From a virus, in the IMG/VR virus record IMGVR_UViG_3300012664_000092, positions 1-34,654 of that record: a DNA stretch of 34,654 nucleotides; one strand, given 5' to 3'. The position numbers were made by a program, and so were the translations under genes. Shown here in pieces: positions 1-7,190 of the stretch. The notes beneath the pieces were generated by a model, which did no database searches, was not told where the DNA came from, and saw nothing but the letters and a program-made list of their open reading frames with translations. Position 1 is the first letter of the stretch. Each line of letters starts with the position of its first letter.

Positions 1-55
1 ATGGCATCTTCCTTCTTATAGGTTCTAGTCATGTGTTTCATTACATATCCTTCAT
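1..55. repeat. Terminal direct repeat, copy A (identical to 34600..34654). Probably the assembler overlap of a circular contig.
   Basis: Read directly: nt 1-55 match nt 34600-34654 base for base. Reverse-strand genes continue across the junction. Confidence 0.9.
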
Positions 56-211
56 TTTTTCAGTAATGACTTCTTTTCTTGTTTTAGCTGCTTCTTTGAA
101 ATCTGCAGCAGTTGGAGCACCTTTAGCTCCAGCTTTCTTCATCTTTTCGCCTGAGCCTTCAGCAATTCTTTTGCGTTTGGCATGGATATTGGCGTATAGA
201 CCGGGCTTCAT
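41..211 (-). CDS. Small Lys-rich protein, 56 aa (not in the ORF track)
   Basis: Hand translation: MKPGLYANIHAKRKRIAEGSGEKMKKAGAKGAPTAADFKEAAKTRKEVITEKMKDM. Its ATG at 211 overlaps the upstream stop (ATGA). Its TAA at 41-43 overlaps the next ATG (TAATG). Confidence 0.6.
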   Translation of the reverse strand: MKPGLYANIHAKRKRIAEGSGEKMKKAGAKGAPTAADFKEAAKTRKEVITEKMKDM

Positions 212-396
212 TTGTCACGCTCACCCAAGAATCTGCCATAGGCTTCTTCCAACTTAGCTTTACGCTTGCCTTTGGCATTATCACGCTCAACATTGAGAGC
301 AATAGCTACTGCCTGTTTTTTAGGCTTTCCAGCTTTCATTTCCGCTTTGATGTTTTTGCCTACGGATTGGGCTGAGCCTGATTTGTCTAATGGCAT
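208..396 (-). CDS. Small basic conserved protein, 62 aa; first gene of the late leftward block
   Basis: ATG at 396 is preceded by AGGAGA. The Lys-rich string KNIKAEMKAGKPKKQAVAIAL resembles a widespread family of small basic proteins of unknown function (from memory). Confidence 0.65.
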   Translation of the reverse strand: MPLDKSGSAQSVGKNIKAEMKAGKPKKQAVAIALNVERDNAKGKRKAKLEEAYGRFLGERDK

Positions 397-444
397 AGGA
401 TTCTCCTAGTTTCTGATAGTATAAGTTTAATTCTAAAGGAAAAC
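397..444. promoter_or_regulatory. 48-bp AT-rich divergent intergenic region; candidate late-operon and methyltransferase promoters
   Basis: This is the only non-coding DNA between the divergent genes 208..396(-) and 445..1431(+). It contains TATAAG and TATACT-like hexamers, but I could not define a convincing -35 element. Confidence 0.3.
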
Positions 445-1431
445 ATGGACTTTAACGAGATTTTTAAAGAACTTTTTAGTCTTACAAAAGATGGTTCTGT
501 TCCCAATACTTCACCATTAGCTGAGAAGCTACGCAATCTTCCAGCGTTTGCCATCAATACCAAGTTATTCGGTCATGAGTTGGCTGAAAAATATTACGGC
601 TACAAGAGGTTGCCTGAGAAGCACGATGCTTTTACTCAAGGCTGGAAAGCTAGTGTCTATGATGACTTTCTACAGGAATGGTTTATTTCTACCTGTGAAG
701 AACTCAAGATTGCCCCTGTTTTGCACCGTAAAGTTTGGGAAGAAGCCTATGTAGTCAATACGCTACGGTCTAAGCTCAAACCCGGCATGAAAGGGATTGT
801 CTTTGGAGTTGGTGAGGAGCGTTTGCCTTCCTTGTTTGCATCTTATGGCTGTGAGATAGTGGCTACTGACTTGAACCCTAATGAAGAAGCATCTCAGGGT
901 TGGGCTGCAACTGCTCAACTAGGTTCTTTAGACAAGATTTATAAGGCTGACTTGGTTGATAGGGAATCCTTTGACCGCCTTGTGACCTTTGAATATGCTG
1001 ACATGAATAACATTGGTGAGCATCTGCATGGTCAGTTTGATTTCTGCTGGACTCTTTGTGCTTTTGAGCATTTAGGGTCTATCGAAAAGGGTCTGCAGTT
1101 TATTGAAAATACAGGCAAATTGCTAAAGCCCGGTGGCATCTCAGCTCATACAACTGAATTTAATTACAGCAAAGAAGAAGAAACCATTGATAACTGGGGT
1201 ACTGTTCTGTTCCGTAAGAAAGACTTTGAGAGTTTGTATAGCCGTCTATCTGACTACGAGTTACCGGCATTAGACTTTAATGTAGGGGAAAACCCTATAG
1301 ATTCATTTATTGATATGCCCCCATACGCTTGGCATGAAGGTCATAACGAGAAACTAAACCATTGTCATCTAAAGCTAATGGTAGACGGCTTTCCATCTAC
1401 CTGCTTTGGAGTGTCATTTCAAAAAGCGTAG
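445..1431 (+). CDS. Class I SAM-dependent methyltransferase, substrate unknown
   Basis: 328 aa. Rossmann motif I region IVFGVGEERLPSLFASYGCEIVATDL, followed by FEHL and LLKPGG motifs. AAGGA lies upstream of the ATG. Confidence 0.75.
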   Translation: MDFNEIFKELFSLTKDGSVPNTSPLAEKLRNLPAFAINTKLFGHELAEKYYGYKRLPEKHDAFTQGWKASVYDDFLQEWFISTCEELKIAPVLHRKVWEEAYVVNTLRSKLKPGMKGIVFGVGEERLPSLFASYGCEIVATDLNPNEEASQGWAATAQLGSLDKIYKADLVDRESFDRLVTFEYADMNNIGEHLHGQFDFCWTLCAFEHLGSIEKGLQFIENTGKLLKPGGISAHTTEFNYSKEEETIDNWGTVLFRKKDFESLYSRLSDYELPALDFNVGENPIDSFIDMPPYAWHEGHNEKLNHCHLKLMVDGFPSTCFGVSFQKA

Positions 1432-1773
1432 CTTGTAGCTGGTTGAATCTACTAGGTCAGCAATGGCATCTACCAAGTTGCACAGTTGCTCATCTTCAGG
1501 CAGGTCTTTACGAGCTTCTTTGATGAACTTTTGTAGGCTCTGCATATACTTTACCGGGTCTTTTGGCTGGTGATAGGTAGCTGGAAAAGACTTAATCTGC
1601 TCATAAGCACCCATGTAAGCCTCTACATAAGCATCTACCAACGGCACAATACCGTCATAGTATGACCGCAAAGCCTTGTGTTGTGAGTAGGAATTGGTAG
1701 ACCAATGAAAGAAATGGGTATTGGTTGCACTATGCAGCAAAGTGGCTGCAAACAAAGCTACATTTTCATTCAT
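1414..1773 (-). CDS. Short Dps/ferritin-like four-helix-bundle protein
   Basis: 119 aa. The FHW...QH...VDAYVE pattern has His23/His32/Asp47/Glu51 with Dps-like H..H-15-D-3-E spacing. It is shorter than canonical Dps. Confidence 0.6.
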   Translation of the reverse strand: MNENVALFAATLLHSATNTHFFHWSTNSYSQHKALRSYYDGIVPLVDAYVEAYMGAYEQIKSFPATYHQPKDPVKYMQSLQKFIKEARKDLPEDEQLCNLVDAIADLVDSTSYKLRFLK

Positions 1774-1785
1774 AAGATTTCCTTT

Positions 1786-1815
1786 GTGAAAAAGCCCCTT
1801 TTTAGGGGGGCTAAA
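1786..1815 (-). terminator. Rho-independent terminator at the end of the early leftward operon
   Basis: Reverse strand reads AGCCCC-CCTAAAAA-GGGGCT followed by TTTTT, directly after the RusA stop. Confidence 0.55.
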
Positions 1816-1827
1816 AGCCTCACGCTT

Positions 1828-2187
1828 TTACTTATTATCTTCCAATATATCAATCATGACAAGGCATCCACCACCTTTTTTAATTTCACCTCTGTGGACT
1901 ATCAAAATGTCTATTTGCTCGTCATTATCAAATACCCCAGCATCAGCTAACGCATCCCAAAGGGCCTTAATTCTGTTGTCAATGTCTTGTTTTCTACGGT
2001 CTTTAGGGTACAAAGTCACTTGAAACTCTAGTCTTGCAGTTCCTAGCTTGGGTACAGAATACTCAGCTACATAGTTTGAAACAGCCTCTTTGAAGGCTAC
2101 ACCAGCTTTAGAAACATATCGCCTGTGTCCATGAGTTCCCCAGTAATGGTTTATAGATGGGGGTAAAGGTAAGTTAAGAACTAACAT
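1828..2187 (-). CDS. rusA: RusA-family Holliday junction resolvase
   Basis: 119 aa. LPLPPSINHYW at the N-terminus, and DIDNRIKALWDALADAGVFDNDEQI matching the RusA catalytic Asp cluster. Confidence 0.85.
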   Translation of the reverse strand: MLVLNLPLPPSINHYWGTHGHRRYVSKAGVAFKEAVSNYVAEYSVPKLGTARLEFQVTLYPKDRRKQDIDNRIKALWDALADAGVFDNDEQIDILIVHRGEIKKGGGCLVMIDILEDNK

Positions 2188-2452
2188 TTAATAGTTTCTC
2201 GGTTTGTACCAAGAGTTCTTCTTCGGTGATAGGAGAATACTCCCTTTCAAAGCGTTTTCTACCCAAAAAGTGAATCCCACCGCCTCCTCTGTGATGATAG
2301 GTGCATAGTGGGATAACAGGGGCATTACTTCTTTTACCAGCTCGTCTAATGTGATGCAGTTCTGCTGGAGTTCCTTCGTTGCCTTGATACCTGCATAGTG
2401 AGCATCCCAGTTCAGCAACTTTTCTGTAGTGTTCTTTTTCATTTTTGGTCAT
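2174..2452 (-). CDS. Ref-like / HNH-type recombination-enhancement nuclease (DUF968-like)
   Basis: 92 aa. CSLC...ELHHIR...PLCTYHHRGG gives Cys/His-rich HNH-like spacing typical of phage Ref/NinG-type proteins. Confidence 0.65.
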   Translation of the reverse strand: MTKNEKEHYRKVAELGCSLCRYQGNEGTPAELHHIRRAGKRSNAPVIPLCTYHHRGGGGIHFLGRKRFEREYSPITEEELLVQTEKLLNVSS

Positions 2453-2897
2453 TTATTAAATCTTTTTGTGGGACAAACCATGCTTTTTCTCGCCCATTTC
2501 CTGCATCTGTAAAGTATTTATCTTGTTTTGCATCTTTAGCGTAGATATAACCCCGGACATGATAAGTACCATCTTTGCCTGTTAAAAGCCAATACCGCTT
2601 ATGGTCTTTGTCACCTTCCCTAATTATGAGCCTACCATTGTGCAATTCAGTAGTTCTAACTTCTTCTTTTCCAACATCATCACCGCCTACAACTCCAGTA
2701 CCCATCCAATGAATGTTTAGGTACTGGGCTAGGGCATATTCAGATAAAGCACCTTCAATCTTAATATTCCAGTTGTTATCTTCTTCTTTTAACCCATGCG
2801 TAGGCTTTCCATCTCTGTCGATATACTGAACTCTACGCAAAACCCCGGCAGTTGCAGCCATGATTATTTGAGAGTTGGTCAATTCAATTTTAGTCAT
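2439..2897 (-). CDS. Hypothetical protein, possible PD-(D/E)xK-type nuclease fold
   Basis: The track start at 2900 is GTG. ATG at 2897 is the likely start. EGALSEYA...GGDDVGKEEVRT is loosely nuclease-like, nothing more. Confidence 0.5.
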   Translation of the reverse strand: MTKIELTNSQIIMAATAGVLRRVQYIDRDGKPTHGLKEEDNNWNIKIEGALSEYALAQYLNIHWMGTGVVGGDDVGKEEVRTTELHNGRLIIREGDKDHKRYWLLTGKDGTYHVRGYIYAKDAKQDKYFTDAGNGREKAWFVPQKDLINDQK

Positions 2898-3042
2898 CAC
2901 TTAGGTCTTGTAGTTTAAGGGCCATTTCTATTAGGTCTGTAGAGATTTGGTAAGCCAATGCCCATTGTTTCTTTTGCATGGCTTCTTCGTAATCCCTAGA
3001 CAGTTTGCGTAGTGTTATTAGTGGTAATGCGTAATCTGTCAT
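2890..3042 (-). CDS. Small hypothetical protein, 50 aa (not in the ORF track)
   Basis: Hand translation: MTDYALPLITLRKLSRDYEEAMQKKQWALAYQISTDLIEMALKLQDLSDD. It has an ATGA overlap with the upstream stop, its own stop overlaps the next start, and it fills an otherwise empty gap. Confidence 0.55.
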   Translation of the reverse strand: MTDYALPLITLRKLSRDYEEAMQKKQWALAYQISTDLIEMALKLQDLSDD

Positions 3043-3287
3043 TTCTCTTGTGCCTTTCTTAGTATTGCTATAGCAAAATCCATTAAAGCCAAGTCATCTG
3101 CTGGATTGTCATCAAAGAAAAATCCAGTTTGCTCTTGGAATATTTGCTTTATTTCCTCATCTGTTAGTGTTTTTGCTGGATGGGTGTAGAGTGGTTCACA
3201 AGCCAATGCTTCAAATAAATGCTCAGGCTTACTCCACATAAACTCATGTCGGTCTTTGTATTGCACTAGCCACGCTACTGGTTTCAT
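3039..3287 (-). CDS. Hypothetical early protein, 82 aa
   Basis: ORF with an ATGA overlap to the upstream gene. I recognise no motif. Confidence 0.6.
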   Translation of the reverse strand: MKPVAWLVQYKDRHEFMWSKPEHLFEALACEPLYTHPAKTLTDEEIKQIFQEQTGFFFDDNPADDLALMDFAIAILRKAQEK

Positions 3288-3568
3288 TGCAGCACTCTTG
3301 GGCTAGGTGGTGAAGGTGGTGATGGTGGAACTGTATAGCTGGGAGTTCCAATAGCAGCTCCAAACTGGTTAGTAACCTGAGTAGGATAAACCGTTACGCT
3401 TTGCGTTACATACCCAGCGTTATTAACGACTTGGGCCTGATTGCCTCTGACCTGTACCGTTCCTTGACTATACCCTGCTGGGTTTTGTATTACATAGGTT
3501 TGAGCTTCTGCATTAGAAACCCATAAACCTACAGCTATACCGCCTAAAAATATTATCACTTCTTTCAT
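3284..3568 (-). CDS. Secreted/periplasmic protein with a Sec-type signal peptide and a PSPPSPPSP C-terminus
   Basis: Internal ATG at 3568 is preceded by TAAGGAGCAAGTG. N-terminus MKEVIIFLGGIAVGLWVSNAEA|Q. The longer track ORF (to 3649) would overlap the upstream gene. Confidence 0.65.
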   Translation of the reverse strand: MKEVIIFLGGIAVGLWVSNAEAQTYVIQNPAGYSQGTVQVRGNQAQVVNNAGYVTQSVTVYPTQVTNQFGAAIGTPSYTVPPSPPSPPSPRVLQ

Positions 3569-3578
3569 CACTTGCTCC

Positions 3579-3827
3579 TTAGAATGGGACATCATCTTTG
3601 AAATCTTTAGATACTTGCTGAGTTGGGATTGCTTTATCTTCCGGTACATTCAGATAAGCTAATAAACCGCCTTCTTTCATTGCATACAAAGGTAAAGTCT
3701 CAAGTTTAAGCATCAAACCATGCTTGGTTTCCATAACTACGCCAATAGACTGATAGCGTTTCTTAGTTGTACCGTCTTTGTCTTGGTACTCTGATACTGC
3801 TGCTTTTACAAAATGGGTAATAGCCAT
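3579..3827 (-). CDS. Miniature SSB-like protein with a canonical SSB C-terminal tip
   Basis: 82 aa ending ...KDFKDDVPF (compare E. coli SSB ...DFDDDIPF). It sits directly downstream of the exonuclease/annealase pair. Confidence 0.55.
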   Translation of the reverse strand: MAITHFVKAAVSEYQDKDGTTKKRYQSIGVVMETKHGLMLKLETLPLYAMKEGGLLAYLNVPEDKAIPTQQVSKDFKDDVPF

Positions 3828-4465
3828 TATTGATTCTCCATAAGTTTTACTTCGGTTTCTACTTCATCTAAAAACTGCTTAATTTCTGCTTCCATGTACA
3901 AGATAAACTCAGGGTCTCTTGGCACATTTACAATCAAAAGCTGACTACGCTCAGGCATTCTTGGGTCAAAGCTGACAAAATCACACCACTTTGCCCCAGT
4001 TACAGCCATCTGAGCCTGCATCTGAATAAAGTATTTTTTAGGTGGTTCTTTAGCTTTAAAGTATTCCCAATGAGTTGCTGAGTTAGGACATTTAATCTCT
4101 AGCAATCCATCTTTACCTACCAATCCATCCGGTGAGCAGCCAAAGCCTTTAATGATTGGATGGTCAATAAATGGCACTTGGTCTACAAAGTTATGGGTAT
4201 TGACTTCATAGGCTACTCTAGCTTGTGGCTCGGTTTGAGTTCCCCATTCCATAGCAGCATTGGTATATGATGGTTCTATGGTCTTGGTGGTTCTTTGCAA
4301 GGCAAGCTCAATCAGATAGTTTTGCCGACTAGCTGAAGGCCCTGTCTTTGTCTTTGCAAGTATGTCAGCTACCCTAGAAGCAGTTACTTTGCCTCTACGG
4401 AGTTCATGCCATTCAGGTGTTCCCTGCTGTACGGCAATTCTGTCCTCAGTTGTAAATGTAGTCAT
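3827..4465 (-). CDS. YqaJ / lambda-exonuclease-like recombination exonuclease
   Basis: 212 aa. GTPEWHELRRGKVTASRVADI at the N-terminus and LLEIKCP (ExK) in the core. ATGA overlap with the annealase stop. Confidence 0.85.
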   Translation of the reverse strand: MTTFTTEDRIAVQQGTPEWHELRRGKVTASRVADILAKTKTGPSASRQNYLIELALQRTTKTIEPSYTNAAMEWGTQTEPQARVAYEVNTHNFVDQVPFIDHPIIKGFGCSPDGLVGKDGLLEIKCPNSATHWEYFKAKEPPKKYFIQMQAQMAVTGAKWCDFVSFDPRMPERSQLLIVNVPRDPEFILYMEAEIKQFLDEVETEVKLMENQ

Positions 4466-4995
4466 GACAATTCCACTTTCTTTAGGTCTTTAGCGTTAGC
4501 AATCAACTGGACTGCATTTTTGTCTTTAGATACGGAAGCGTAGGCTTTGCCATAGACATCTTTAAGCTGGTCAATGGTTGTGCAGTTTTTAATGGAATCT
4601 ACCCATAACTGAGCATCTGCTGTTAAATCAGGTGTTGGTTCGTCAGGAATATCCTCACCAGCGTAGATATACAAGCCAATACCATGCAAGGCAATAGCTT
4701 TAGCTAGGCAGCGTTGCATAGCTGTATTGACTGCAAAAGCATCAGGGTTTGCAATAGCTTTGTTCTGAGCATTAAGCACCGGGAGTTGAGCTGTCATGGT
4801 TTTGCCAAAAGCTGATACTGAGCAAAAAACCATCAAAGTATCGCCAAAAGCCATAGGTGGCTGGTAATCCCAAGTAGCTATTGGGTCAGCTTGTAGTAGT
4901 TGGTCTACTGCCCATGCCCATGAAAGGTAGGTAAATTTACCCTTTTTTTCTGTATGTTCGTTTACATTGATTTTGCGTAGTTCTAAATATAACAT
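4462..4995 (-). CDS. Rad52-like single-strand annealing protein (Sak/DUF1071 type)
   Basis: YLSWAWAVDQL and HGIGLYIYAGEDIP motifs. The track start at 5043 is TTG. ATG at 4995 with TAAGGAGAAAGTG upstream is the likely start. Confidence 0.8.
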   Translation of the reverse strand: MLYLELRKINVNEHTEKKGKFTYLSWAWAVDQLLQADPIATWDYQPPMAFGDTLMVFCSVSAFGKTMTAQLPVLNAQNKAIANPDAFAVNTAMQRCLAKAIALHGIGLYIYAGEDIPDEPTPDLTADAQLWVDSIKNCTTIDQLKDVYGKAYASVSKDKNAVQLIANAKDLKKVELS

Positions 4996-5005
4996 CACTT
5001 TCTCC

Positions 5006-5299
5006 TTAGTCGTTAATTTCTGATTCTGCTGTGTCTTTGGCAAAATGCTCGTAATAATCCAAAGCCATCATCATAAGTTTTCTACCGATTTGCTCGTAAT
5101 CGCCTGTATCAATAACGGTTTGTAGAGCTTTGTCATCGTCTACACCCATTTCACTTAGGGCTTCAGATATAGCTTGAGATTTTCTGTAATCCCATTGAGC
5201 ACCGGGTTTCATAAGTTGCCATGTACGCTCCTCAATTTCATCAGAACGGTCATCATAGTCATCCGGCTCGTAGTAGGCATCGTGTCTAGACATTCCCAT
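5006..5299 (-). CDS. Acidic hypothetical early protein
   Basis: The track start at 5317 is TTG; ATG at 5299 is likely. D/E-rich (YYEPDDYDDRSDEIEE). Confidence 0.55.
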   Translation of the reverse strand: MGMSRHDAYYEPDDYDDRSDEIEERTWQLMKPGAQWDYRKSQAISEALSEMGVDDDKALQTVIDTGDYEQIGRKLMMMALDYYEHFAKDTAESEIND

Positions 5300-5300
5300 G

Positions 5301-5381
5301 TTAAACACCCAACGCAAACATCACGCCCAATGTAATACCTAAGAGAATTACGCCTACCCATTCAATTATTGCTGTTTTCAT
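5301..5381 (-). CDS. 26-aa single-pass membrane peptide (not in the ORF track)
   Basis: Hand translation: MKTAIIEWVGVILLGITLGVMFALGV. GGGAGTAAGTG lies upstream of the ATG, and the stop is 1 nt before the next ATG. Confidence 0.45.
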   Translation of the reverse strand: MKTAIIEWVGVILLGITLGVMFALGV

Positions 5382-5403
5382 CACTTACTCCCTTTAATTA
5401 AAA

Positions 5404-5709
5404 TTACTTCTTTACCCAAACTGTTTTGTAAGTATTAGGCAAGTTAGTAGAACCTACGCTAATACGAACTGGTTTTTTTGTTTCTGCTCTTTTTGCGTAA
5501 AAATCTTCACGAGCTTGTAAAACTGCATTGTTTATTTCGCCACGAGTTACAGTTTTGCCATCCAAAACAAATACAAATTGGTCAGCAGTTGCAGGATGCA
5601 CAGATAACCAACGCTCAACATCATCTAAATCGCTTTCAACATCTAGCCATTGATTAGCTTTGTAGCCTTTTACTACGCCTGATTCTTTGTATGTAATTTG
5701 GTATTTCAT
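5404..5709 (-). CDS. Hypothetical early protein, 101 aa
   Basis: ATG at 5709 with AAGGAGTAAGTG upstream (the track start at 5712 is GTG). Confidence 0.6.
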   Translation of the reverse strand: MKYQITYKESGVVKGYKANQWLDVESDLDDVERWLSVHPATADQFVFVLDGKTVTRGEINNAVLQAREDFYAKRAETKKPVRISVGSTNLPNTYKTVWVKK

Positions 5710-5719
5710 CACTTACTCC

Positions 5720-5905
5720 TTAAACAATAAAATCAGGTTGATTTACAAGATTGTTTTCTTGTGCAAATTGCAATAAAGCGTTTTTGCTTTTATTAGACAT
5801 TGCACTTCTAATCATTCCTGATACTGACCTTGCAGCAGTATCAATCATTCCATTGGCTAAATATGCTTGAACCATTTGGATTTGTTTTAATTGCTGTTTA
5901 TTCAT
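5720..5905 (-). CDS. First gene of the leftward early operon, hypothetical, 61 aa
   Basis: The track start at 5983 is TTG. The internal ATG at 5905 (MNKQQLKQ...) is more plausible. No motif recognised. Confidence 0.45.
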   Translation of the reverse strand: MNKQQLKQIQMVQAYLANGMIDTAARSVSGMIRSAMSNKSKNALLQFAQENNLVNQPDFIV

Positions 5906-5983
5906 TTTTACTTTCCCTTCATCACTTGTTGAACTAGACTCCACTTTATTCCTGTAAAAACCATCCGTCAAGCACTTTTTCAA

Positions 5984-6071
5984 GTATTTTTCAATTATTT
6001 TTATAGGTGGATTCCCTAATGCGTGTATTTTCTCATAGTTTTGGTATATGATAGCGAAAAAGGAGAATTAC
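5984..6071. promoter_or_regulatory. Divergent early control region between the leftward and rightward early operons
   Basis: AT-rich non-coding DNA between divergent operons. It has a TGGTATATGAT extended -10-like string at 6042-6052. I could not define operators. Confidence 0.4.
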
Positions 6072-6269
6072 ATGAACCCAACTGATTTATTAAAGATTGA
6101 GTTTGGCAGCTTGATAAACCTTGCTGAAAAGCTCGGAATTAAGCCTCAAACCATTTATTTATGGAACTCCGGGAAGATTCCATTTAAGTATTTACGACAA
6201 ATTGAGGAGCTTTCTGAGCTTCGTTTGACTAGAGAACAGTTAAGACCTGACCTTTTTAAAAAGGACTGA
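6072..6269 (+). CDS. Cro/YdaS-like helix-turn-helix regulator
   Basis: AAAAGGAGAATTAC precedes ATG 6072. LAEKLGIKPQTIYLWNSGKIP is a typical HTH. Confidence 0.7.
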   Translation: MNPTDLLKIEFGSLINLAEKLGIKPQTIYLWNSGKIPFKYLRQIEELSELRLTREQLRPDLFKKD

Positions 6270-6270
6270 G

Positions 6271-6906
6271 ATGAACTTTTACCCTTTTCACATAGGGGAT
6301 TACATCAGCCATACAAGTCATTTGACCGATGAGGAAGATTTGGCTTACCGGAGGATGATTGACCTTTATTACATGACTGAAGCACCATTTCCTAATGATG
6401 CAGCATGGATAGCTCGTAGAGTGAGGACTAATCCAGCTATTGTTTTGACATTGCTAAATGAGTTTTTTGAGCTTGAAAATGACAATTTATGGCACAGCAG
6501 TAGGGCAGATAAAGAGATTGGAAAGTACCAGTATTTACAAGAATCAGGCAAAAAAGGTGCTGAAAAACGATGGGGTAATAGGGATGTAAAGCCTACCAAT
6601 AGCATACCTAATAGCCCCCCTATTGCCACCCCAATAGCAACCAAGACCATTACCAAGAACCAAGACCATATAAATACACCTGACGGTGTAACTGAGTCTG
6701 TATGGAATGACTATTTAAAAATTAGGAAAGCAGCTAAGAAACCAATAACCGATACAGCACTCAAAGGTTTGGTAAGGGAAGCTGGTAAAGCTGGTAAGAG
6801 TTTGAATGAAGCATTGGTAATATGTTGTGAAAGAAGTTGGTTAGGATTTAAAGCTGAATGGCTAAAAGGTGATGTTCAACAAGTGGAGAAAGTGAGATTT
6901 TTATGA
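6271..6906 (+). CDS. DUF1376 (YdaU-like) replication initiation/organiser protein
   Basis: N-terminal FYPFHIGDYISHTSHLTDEEDLAYRRMIDLYY is the DUF1376 signature. Positioned ahead of the helicase. Confidence 0.75.
   Translation: MNFYPFHIGDYISHTSHLTDEEDLAYRRMIDLYYMTEAPFPNDAAWIARRVRTNPAIVLTLLNEFFELENDNLWHSSRADKEIGKYQYLQESGKKGAEKRWGNRDVKPTNSIPNSPPIATPIATKTITKNQDHINTPDGVTESVWNDYLKIRKAAKKPITDTALKGLVREAGKAGKSLNEALVICCERSWLGFKAEWLKGDVQQVEKVRFL
6596..6669. repeat. Iteron-like short direct repeats inside the initiator-gene linker
   Basis: AACCAAGACCAT is exact at 6639-6650 and 6658-6669. ACCAAGA occurs three times (6640, 6652, 6659). CCAATAGCA occurs at 6596 and 6631, with CCTAATAGC at 6607. Confidence 0.45.
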
Positions 6907-7190
6907 TTGGTCAAAACGCAATAACTAAAGCAACTCAGGATGTAATCGTAGTGGTGGGCCTTAATCCATCATGGTTTGATGGTAAAGACCAAGGCGATAT
7001 TCCTATGGTCTATACCCAAAAGTCACGACCTAAACCTAATGACCTTGCAATCCTTAAAGGCAAAAGAGTTCAGTTGATTCATGGCAAAGCTACGGATGAA
7101 GTGTTTGCAAGATGGTATGCAGAGATTGTGAATACAATGCCTAGCCAACTTGTAGCTATGGATTCTGAAGGAGAAATATTTTGCTCATAA
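6903..7190 (+). CDS. Hypothetical replication-module protein
   Basis: 95-aa ORF with an ATGA overlap to the upstream gene. No motif recognised. Confidence 0.55.
   Translation: MIGQNAITKATQDVIVVVGLNPSWFDGKDQGDIPMVYTQKSRPKPNDLAILKGKRVQLIHGKATDEVFARWYAEIVNTMPSQLVAMDSEGEIFCS

Noticed and set aside
33-257. Plus-strand 74-aa ORF at the left end
   Set aside because: It lies antisense to two tightly coupled reverse-strand genes and has hydrophobic junk composition.
2188-2442. Alternative-frame 84-aa ORF inside the Ref-like nuclease gene
   Set aside because: The other frame carries the Cys/His nuclease motifs, and this frame has no recognisable features. Unlike the methyltransferase case, the ORF is short enough to arise by chance.
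5720-6269. Possible lysogeny switch (CI/Cro) at the divergent early region
   Set aside because: Only a Cro/YdaS-like HTH is recognisable. I found no CI-type repressor with a peptidase domain and no integrase or excisionase in the genome. A temperate lifestyle is not supported.
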